This document shows, piece after piece, positions 54,389 to 64,000 of a stretch of DNA of 64,000 nucleotides (positions within the stretch are counted from its first letter, which is position 1; each line of letters begins with the position of its first letter). A program made the position numbers and the translations under genes. The notes beneath the pieces are model-generated. The model had not been told where the DNA came from. It ran no database searches and worked only from the letters and a program-made list of their open reading frames with translations. Source of the DNA: Eledone cirrhosa (taxonomy: Eukaryota); contig OZ024746.1 in NCBI GenBank assembly GCA_964016885.1, positions 13,144,001-13,208,000 of the forward strand, read 5' to 3'.

Positions 54389-55151
54389 TTAGGGTATAAC
54401 GTAGGGCTGTAATACAGGAAAGTTTTCGTGCAATTTATGTTTACAAGCCGAAATTGCCTCAGATTTTTTGTTTAAGATGTGGTCTGTGGCGTAGAGTATT
54501 TCCAGGTCCTCAGCGGCGCAGAGGTCACATGGTCTTTTATTTCCATTATACGATCTAGCCCTAGCTAGGATCTCCCAGTGTAACTTATATTGGGTGTGGT
54601 TGTCATTTAGACTCCAGATATAAGCTGAAAGTGACGTCATATTCCTTCTTAGAGGGTAACGAAAAGAATGGGTATGCATGTAAAGACGCTGCTTGAAACT
54701 ATTGGCGGTTAACCCTATGTAGGCCCTACGGGACGTGGGTGTTACAACCTTACATTTGTAGACAATGTTACTAGAGAGGCATTTCCCGGATAGGGGACAA
54801 TCAGCCCGATTCCTACAATTACAGTTAGTACTAACTACAGGGTTGCACGTGTTCCTACGGCTAGGTATTTTAGCTAAATTTGAAGCCGTGATGTTATGTG
54901 CAAGATTAGGAGTCGTTGAGTAAGAAATTTTAATAGTGTTTCTATTAAAAATTTTACTATATTTATGTGTAGGGGGAAAATGCTTCGTAATAAGGGAAAG
55001 AAAGATCTTAGCTAATGGCGTGGCCACCTCCATATTATATGGTAGGTTAAACCAACAAATGCGACGGGATCTATTTCTTCTAGGTCTATTCTCGTACTCT
55101 GTATATGCTACCTTATCGACAAATCCACTTCGAGCAAGAGCTTCATTGTAA
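54389..55151 (-). CDS. Penelope-like polyprotein C-terminal fragment: RT thumb end, CxCx5C linker and GIY-YIG endonuclease
   Basis: YNEALARSGF..WFNLPY..KHFPP..IFNRNTIKISYS, CNCRNRADC, IVYKC..AYIG..FKQR..H, CDLC..E, LNKKSE..CKH; open frame without stops, truncated at the inversion junction. Confidence 0.9.
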
Positions 55152-55600
55152 TAAGTACGTATCTGTTTGTGTGTATGTATTTATTTGTTCCTATTACTTC
55201 TGTAATGTATTTATTTACTTTGTTCTTAACTCTGTAGCGGAGATTCATTCGGTCTCCTAGTTAGAATTTTAGTCTACGACTTCTGCTATACCATTTACGT
55301 GGTTTTGTCTTTGCACGCTATTGTTCTCCACGCTCCACATATGACTTATTATCTTCGTTTTTTCGTTCATTGCCAGAGAACGTCTCTATGCACCACTTAG
55401 AGAACATTAGTCTACAACCTCTTTTATACCATAAACGTGGTTCTGTCCTTGCACGTAATTGTTTTTCACCGCTCCTATTAATGACGTATTATTCGTTTTT
55501 TTTCCCGTTCTTTGCCAGCGAACGTCACCATGAACCAAAGTATCATCTTCCTGTCTTCCTCCGGTTGCAACGTTTTTTGAAATATCCAGTTCTGCGTTTA

Positions 55601-55674
55601 CAGATTGACTTTGTTAGTTTCAGAAGATCCCGTTAAGGGTGAAAGCAGCGATTCTTTGCTTAAACTTTAATCTG
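55601..55674 (+). ncRNA. Full-length type I hammerhead-like fold in the inverted pLTR, non-canonical core
   Basis: CAGATTGA[CTTTGTT]AGTTT-CAGAAGA-TCCC GTTAA GGGT-GAAA-GCA[9 nt]TGCT-T-AAACT TTAATCTG: stems I, II and III all form. Confidence 0.55.
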
Positions 55675-55775
55675 TTATTTTAATAAATATTTGCTCTTCG
55701 GTTCTTATATATTTGATATATATTTTCCTTATCGAGCCCTCTCTGGATTTTAGTCTTCAATTTTATTATTATTAC

Positions 55776-55812
55776 TATACATACATATATATATATACAT
55801 ATATATACATAC

Positions 55813-55845
<33 letters not shown>

Positions 55846-56006
55846 CATATATATATACATACATATATATATACATACATATATACATATATACATACAT
55901 ATATATATATATATACATATATATATACATACATATATATATATACATATATATATACATACATATATACATACATATATATATACATACATATATATAT
56001 ACATAC

Positions 56007-56041
<35 letters not shown>

Positions 56042-56064
56042 CATACATATATATATATACATAC

Positions 56065-56096
<32 letters not shown>

Positions 56097-56538
56097 ACAT
56101 ATACATATATACATATATATACATATATACATATATATACATATACATATATATATATATATACATATATATATACATACATATATATATACATACATAT
56201 ATATATACATACATATATATATATATATACATAGATATATATATACATACATACATATATACATACATACATATATACATACATACATACATATATATAT
56301 ACATACATATATATATATATATACATACATACATATATATATACATACATATATATATATATACATACATATATATATATATACATACATACATATATAC
56401 ATACATATATATATACATACATATATATATATACATATATATATATATACATATATATATATACATATATATATATACATATATATATACATACATATAT
56501 ATATATATACATATATATATACATACATATATATATAC

Positions 56539-56569
<31 letters not shown>

Positions 56570-56907
56570 CATATATATATACATACATATATATATACAT
56601 ACATATATACATACATATATATATATATACATATATATATACATACATATATACATACATATATACATACATATATATATATATATACATATATATATAC
56701 ATACATATATACATACATATATACATACATATATATATATATATACATATATATATACATATATATATACATACATATATACATACATATATATATATAC
56801 ATATATATATACATATATATATATATATACATATATATATACATACATATATATATACATACAATATATATATATATACATATATATATACATATATATA
56901 TACATAC

Positions 56908-56938
<31 letters not shown>

Positions 56939-56979
56939 CATATATATATACATATATATATACATATATATATACATAC

Positions 56980-57010
<31 letters not shown>

Positions 57011-57509
57011 CATATATATATACATATATATATACATATATATATACATACATATATACATACATATATACATACATACATATATATATACATACATATA
57101 TACATACATATATATATACATACATATATACATACATATATATATACATACATATATACATACATATATATATACATACATATATATATATATACATATA
57201 TATATACATATATACATATATACATACATACATACATACATATATATATACATACATATATATATACATATATATATACATATATATATATACATATATA
57301 TATATACATATATATATATACATATATATATACACATATATATATACATATATATATATACATATATATATATACATATATATATATACATATATATATA
57401 CATATATATATACATACATACATATACATACATATACATATATATATATATACACACACATATATATATATATATACATACATATATATATGTATGTACA
57501 TACACACAC

Positions 57510-57560
<51 letters not shown>
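55776..57560. repeat. Very long (AT)/(ATAC) microsatellite
   Basis: Direct; same strand polarity as 51570-53378. Confidence 0.97.
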
Positions 57561-57569
<9 letters not shown>

Positions 57570-58118
57570 ACATGCACAGATAGATAGGTAGATAAGAAGT
57601 AAAGAAAATACAAAATATAAGGCATATTTTTCTTTTAGAATGCTTTATTTTCACATTTTTTCTTTTTGTAATGTCAGATTTACCAAAAATATTCCTGGCA
57701 GCAGTCATTTTTTTTGCAGACGCTGAACAGAGAATTGAAATAATGGATAAAACAGCAGACAGCAGTTGAAAATGTACAAACATAGCCGAAATAATAAAGA
57801 CAGTTTCCAAATCAATAAGAACATTTTAGTAACAATACATCAATTGTTGTAGTGTCTGGTTGCAGAGAAAAATATACATCTAAAAGGGTTTGAGGGTGAG
57901 GTGGAGGGCAAGATGAGGGATGTAAGGCAACAACTAAAGTCCCCACTCAAAAGAGGGGTTTCGTCTTCATGCAAAAGGCATCAGCAAACTAAGATTGGAT
58001 GAAAACAAATTTCAAGAATTAAAATAAAAAAACATGTAGCAATGTTGTATATAGCAATAAAACCTAAAGTGTGTGCACATGTGTATGTGTGTGCGTATAT
58101 ACATACATATATATACAT

Positions 58119-58183
<65 letters not shown>

Positions 58184-58424
58184 CATACATACATACATAC
58201 TCTCTTGTATATATAATTATATATACATACATACATACATACACACACACTCATATACACACTACAGCCGTCACTTACAATTGAGTATGACTTGATAGTG
58301 TGAACCCTGCTTTCACTAAAGGTTTTAGGTGTCCATGCAATCGTAAACAGACACCCTTTCGACCCTCCTTCTTTTGATACAGCGGAACATTCAAGATGTG
58401 ATAGCTGGAAGGAGAGAGAGGGGG

Positions 58425-58560
58425 TTACACCAGTATTGGGCTGGTACTTTCTTTATCGACCCCAAAAAAGGTGTAAAGTAAAATAGATCTCAGCAGGATT
58501 TGAACTCTGAATGCAGAGACCTGGAACAAATATCCAATGCTCTAACGATTCTGCCAAATC
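58425..58560 (-). mobile_element. SINE family A copy (diverged)
   Basis: CTGGTACTTTCTTTATCGACCCC..GGATTTGAACTCTGAA. Confidence 0.65.
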
Positions 58561-60037
58561 CATCGACTTTATATATGTAAATAATATAAACGAGAGAGAA
58601 CAGCGAAAAAGAAAATGTCCGTGCTAGTGTTGACAACATTAATATAGATGAAGGCAGTTAAAACATTCTTTATATAAAAGTGCAATTTCATACATCATCC
58701 TCTAAAATAAATATCTTTATATATCAATATATATATAGATAGATGCAAATTCTGTAGCATCTCATTGATTCTGTATAACAGGAATATAAACTATATTGCT
58801 TTGTAAGACATTTTTATGGAGTTGTTAGAGATCTGAAATTTACAAAAACAAACTTACCTGAATGTTTGTAACTACTGTTACCAATTGTGTTTTTTTTATT
58901 GAAAACAAAGAAAAAAAAATCTTACAAAGCTTTATTTGATTGTAGATTGTTTTAAGATAATCAACTGACATAAAATCTTTCTTGATCATCTTAATATATT
59001 AGGCAAGATTGAGAAGAAAATTGTTTAAAAATTTCCATGGTGTATACAATTTATATATTTAAAACCAGTTTAAAAGATGAATACAAATGTAACTTTTCTT
59101 TAAAGTCTCTGAACTTAGCTTAGTGAGAGGAAATAAAAAAAAAAAAACAGAGGATCAATTATTTTTGATAATCCATTTTTGTATGAAAACTCCATGATTT
59201 ATGAATTTTGAGTAATAGTTTCTAATAAAAAAAAAAACTCATTTCATTGGTTTATGTAATAAATACATTAATAATAATAAATATTGGTATTAATTATTTA
59301 AGAAATAAAGTGGGTGAAAACATCAGCTTTATCAACACAGAATCTAATATTTGTCTATAATTAAGACTATAAATATATACCTAAAGGATTCATACAGACA
59401 ACCGTGTCTAGCTGAGTGTGTTTATCAATGAGTGAAAAGGAATAATGGATAAGGGTTAACTTTGGCCAACTATATAGGTATCACAGAGCATCCATTCTTA
59501 AACTTCCACTGATATTTAGACAACAGCTCACTCAATACTGATTCGCAAATCAAGAGATCAAGGAAGAAATTTAAACTTTACATTGGCAATTCTGGATAGA
59601 ATACCAAGTTAGAAATAAATGGGAGTACTAATGATTTTGTCTCAAAGATAAATTCTGCAGCTGCCACATCCAACTTGAGAGAGAGAATAGAAGAAAGTTT
59701 AAAATGTTTAATCTGATGCCACACATCCAAACTCCTTATGAACTGTAAAGAAAGTTTGACACAATATGATGGACTTAAAAACAGAAGTGACATGTGACCT
59801 CTGACATCCAGTATTACTTAAAACATCTGCTATTCCTTTTCACCCACTGATCATAATAGTTCCCAGACATGGCTGCTGGCTATATAGAACCTACTACACA
59901 ATAGGTTTGTGATCCTTGATATATGCATGTACATAGATTAAACTCTACACACTACTTCTATAAATATATATTAAGAGTTCCCTTGTATTCGTTTTATAAA
60001 ATGGACACCTATACACACACACTATATAAGTGCCTTT

Positions 60038-60127
60038 TTATTTGGAGTTTCACCTGTGTACTCACAGTATCATCATACATGTCTTGTATAATGATCCTGT
60101 GAGTACACAGGTAAAACTCCAGAATAA
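60038..60127. other. Near-perfect 90-nt hairpin (~42-bp stem, 5-nt loop)
   Basis: GGAGTTTCACCTGTGTACTCACAGTATCATCATACA-TGTCT-TGTATAATGATCCTGTGAGTACACAGGTAAAACTCC. Confidence 0.85.
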
Positions 60128-61019
60128 CAAGACTCATCATTTAGCCACAGATTATCAAAATCTACTTCAGTATTGAGTACTCATTCTCATATCCATCATC
60201 ATTACAGTTATACATTATATATATATATATATATATACACATACATGTGCATATATTCTATTTCTTTAAGAGTAGAAAAACATTATCCCTAGCTGGATTT
60301 TGTTGCACATGCTATCAGACATAACAAGTGTAAAATTATCTATAAGGTGTAGTTTTATGATTTTTCATCACAAATATTATAGTGTGTTAAAGTAATAAAA
60401 TATTTTGAAGAAGAATATTATGAATTTTGTAATTTGTATATTAATTTGTGCGCTCAAAAAACACTGTTTTGAACAGTAAAATTAGTTGACAGAGAGAGAG
60501 AGAGAGTAAAGTTAACTATATAATTATTTTATGTTCAATAGTTCAATATAACTTTAGAAATAAATATACTTATTCAAATCTATTGCCTAGAAATACAAGA
60601 AACTGAAACAGAAGTAATTTCTAAATATAAATAAACATAACATTCATGTGTAAATGATTAACTTGCGTCAACTAGAGACTAACATAGAAAGGTGGGAGTG
60701 AAGAGAACGGAATTAGTTCCCTTATGTCAAACGTTAGAGCAGTTTGTGATATATTCAAAGTAGTTTTACAATTTTGAATTATATTGAATTTATAAATAGA
60801 TTTATGAAGATATTTTAAATAGAAAATTGCCTTTTATTATATTATTTCCAAAGAGGTGCAACCACATCTTACTTTTAAATATTTGATATTTTTCAACTAA
60901 TTAATTAAAAAGAAGATACCACAAAGATATTGTTATAATTTCGGAAAAGCAGCAATAAATATAACATGGTATCATTTTGGATTTATACAATTTTACTGTT
61001 TCATTTCATTTCATCTTTC

Positions 61020-61056
<37 letters not shown>

Positions 61057-61217
61057 CATACATACACATACATACATACATATATATATATACATATATA
61101 CCTACATACCTATGCATACATACCTACATATATATACGTACCTACATATATATATATATATACACATACCTACATATATACATATATATATATACCTACA
61201 TACATATACGTGCCTAC

Positions 61218-61351
<134 letters not shown>

Positions 61352-61495
61352 CAATAATCAAAGTTCAGTTTAAATCATTTATTTGCTTACAATTGTTTCC
61401 TCCAAACCGAGGTTTGGATTCTTCGGAGCAACTATTTAGTGATCTATAACATACTTGACCTCCTTTTCAACACAAGAGACATATAAAAACATATG

Positions 61496-61548
<53 letters not shown>

Positions 61549-62665
61549 CAGCAATTGAAACAGATTCCCCTTACAATCCTTCACAGCCAATCAATCCATC
61601 CTTGAAATCTTCTGAGAAATATTACCTATACAATTGTAGTTTATATGTTATGTAGGTAACAACACAACAAATAAAAAACAACATATAAATTGAACCAATT
61701 TGATGTATAATTAACATCGTTATCGTTTGATGTATTATTAACATCTACATCGTCCCCAAAATAGGGGTATTTTACGTCCATGTTTCCATGCTGCCATGGT
61801 TTTGGGACTATCAATAAACAAGGAATTATTATACTTTTTCCTAGTTTTAGGGCACACAGCATGGAAGACTTAAGATTGTGTGTGCATATGTGTATATTTC
61901 CTGCATGTGTGTGCATATGCCTGTTATATGAATGAAAGTTGCCCATTTGCTCTAATTCGTTTTAATTATAGCTGCGCCACAATTTAGTAATAAACAGGTA
62001 AAAAGACAGCATTCAGTGGTATTGCAAAAGATTCAGGCTTCTTAAAAAATAAATTTATTGCACCTCCAAGGACTTTGTTATGCTAACAAAACAAAAAAAA
62101 TAACAAAAAAAAAGTATAGAGAATTTTATTTTAAAATTTAAGGTTATCAATTGCAATAAATATTTTTTCCTGTAGCTATAAAAAAAAAAAAAATTTAGCC
62201 CAGTATAGTAAATAAGGGTAAATAAATAGCAAAGGTTATTTTTAAAACTGAAATTAACTTTTTAATTATAAACTAGATAGGTTTAATAGACAAATTTGAG
62301 AATTACAAAGGAATATTTTTGCAAGATTTCCTCACGTTTATTAAAAACAAGTCTGAATTGAATTTTAAAAAATCTTTATAAAATAAGTAACTTCAAAAAT
62401 ATTTAATTTATTTTTTCATCATTTTGTTTTAAATAAAATTTAGCACTGCATACCATTATTTGTAGAAAAGCTATTTTATTTATTTTTTTTTTTCACTCTT
62501 TTCATTAGCAGATGGCATGGGTTGATTAGGGAAATTTTTAAACAGGGATTAATAAGACTTTAGAAAGATGGAATGCATTAAAAAATGAGCAGTTTAAAAT
62601 TAGGAGATTAAAAATAGTCACTGGTAAAGAAAAAGAATCATGCAGACAGAACTAAAAAAATGAGT

Positions 62666-63408
62666 TTACAGATCTTCTACAAGAGGATTGGATAAGGCTT
62701 TTATAATTGTTTTCATGAAAGCAGCAGCAGCGAGGGCAGCATAGGGTTGCCATTCTTTGTTCTTAGAGCCATCAGTATAATCAGATACACCACGAATAAA
62801 CATGAAACTGTCTTTCCTATTGCCTTCAATAGACTCAAGAACTTGATCAAATTCAGTGTCAAAAGCTTTGATATTATATTTTCCAGCAAAATCAAGCCGA
62901 GTGGCATCACTTTTTACAACAGGACGGCCTGAACCAAGCACGCCAAAATGAACCCTTGGCTTATCTGGATCGAAAGTGGAAACAATTTCTTCTGGAGGCT
63001 GAGGATGTTCAACTTCGATGACATTGTCTTCTCCGATATTCATATAAAGGCGATCTGTATTGGAAGATGGACGCATAAAGTGAACTTCTTGACCTTGCAG
63101 AAACTTCTGGCCCTCTTCAACATAGATTTCCCATGGTTTTGAACCAGGATTACATTCACTAGTTTCAACAATTTTCCTTGCTGTTTGCTGTAAGCAGTTA
63201 TCTTTAGGGGCAAATGTTTTGTGAATATACTGCAAATCTCCACTTTTATTTTTCAGGATTTTTTCACAGTAATAATAGATGACATTTCTGTCTTCACCTC
63301 GAGATATAACAACATCCCCTAGACGCACATGTTTATAATAATCTGTGTAGTAAGGGACACCGCCAGCAACACCAACAACAAACACATGCTCTATGTTCTG
63401 GAATGTTC
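62666..63408 (-). CDS. Terminal coding exon of a nucleoside phosphorylase (PNP_UDP_1 / MTA-SAH nucleosidase-like) domain protein
   Basis: tatttcag acceptor at 63409-63410, phase 1, 247 codons to TAA; motifs VGVAGGVP, VRLGDVVIS, GSGRPVVK, FDTEFD, IRGVSDYTDGSKNKEWQPYAALAAAAFMK; upstream exons not seen in the window. Confidence 0.92.
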
Positions 63409-63749
63409 CTGAAATAGATACAAGTCAATAGCTTAAGATAAAAAAGAAATCTTTACAGATTGAAAAGATTTAAATATTTTAAAGTAATTTCTTAAAGAAG
63501 CTGAAATAATGCAAATATCTTTTTAAAATAGCTGAAAACCTGAGTAGAAGAAGAATTAGGTTATTCTCAAACATGTCTGACTATCTGCCCAAGAAAATAC
63601 ATGGTTTGTAGCAGTCAACCAAGAAAGATGATATTGGCAAGAAGTTGTGTATGTACCGAAGACATTCATTCTCTCATAGTCCACCCCACACAACTATAAA
63701 TATGTACAGCAGCATAAAAATAAAAAAATGTTCTAAGAGCAGAATCGTA

Positions 63750-64000
63750 CAGGGTGTCAACAGTATTTGTTCACAATTTCAACTGCTAATTTTATGCATA
63801 TTTTTTTACTTTGTTGTCGGTCTTTTTTTGCTTGAAAACAATAACCATTTTTGTGTTTATTTTTTGCAGAATAATTGACTATGGACAATTTGGAACACCC
63901 AACCTGCAATTTGTGGAAGAGGCATGGAGTTCTCCTTGGAATCCATGCTGGAAGGACAAACAAAGAGATTTCAGACTTCCGCAGCATCAACATAAGGAAG
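63750..64000 (+). mobile_element. Left end of another DD37D element of the 8279-9584 family, intronic and antisense to the gene
   Basis: TA|CAGGGTGTCAACAGTATTTGTT..CAACTGCTAATTTTATGCA and NLWKRHGVLLGIHAGRTNKEISDF, homologous to 8279-8510. Confidence 0.9.

Larger units (their letters stand above)
53379..55775 (-). mobile_element. Penelope-like retroelement, Naiad-type, 5'-truncated with an inverted pLTR
   Basis: GIY-YIG ORF between ~537-bp inverted repeats (53379-53916 and 55155-55690); the right arm extends ~85 bp further; flanked by microsatellite. Confidence 0.9.

Noticed and set aside
54389-55151. Selenoprotein-type Naiad element
   Set aside because: No in-frame TGA in the retained ORF and no SECIS element identifiable by eye
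55680-57810. 600+ aa Y/I/M/C-rich ORFs (also at 24549-25134, 28298-28906, 50890-53378)
   Set aside because: Translations of AT/ATAC microsatellites, which lack stop codons by composition

Overview
AT-rich, repeat-dense eukaryotic genomic DNA. The SINE families, very long (AT)/(ATAC) microsatellites and transposon mix suggest a coleoid cephalopod (octopus); this is inference only. The one well-supported gene segment is the terminal coding exon of a nucleoside-phosphorylase (PNP_UDP_1 / MTAN-like) domain protein on the minus strand (62666-63408). The rest is mostly transposon-derived: DD37D (maT) Tc1/mariner elements, RTE, CR1/L2-like and CRE LINE relics, a nested LTR relic, TTAA-flanked MITEs, two SINE families and large minisatellites. 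Highlights: (i) a 5'-truncated Naiad-type Penelope-like element with ~537-bp inverted pLTRs, each folding into a full-length type I hammerhead with a non-canonical core; (ii) a separate divergent pair of minimal hammerheads at ~9.6-9.9 kb; (iii) minisatellites amplified out of LINE ORF2 C-terminal coding motifs, one with a 448-bp higher-order repeat; (iv) an RTE LINE interrupted by both a DD37D transposon and an LTR element. Most long ORFs in the supplied track are microsatellite artefacts. Boundaries of degenerate repeats are approximate and read by eye.
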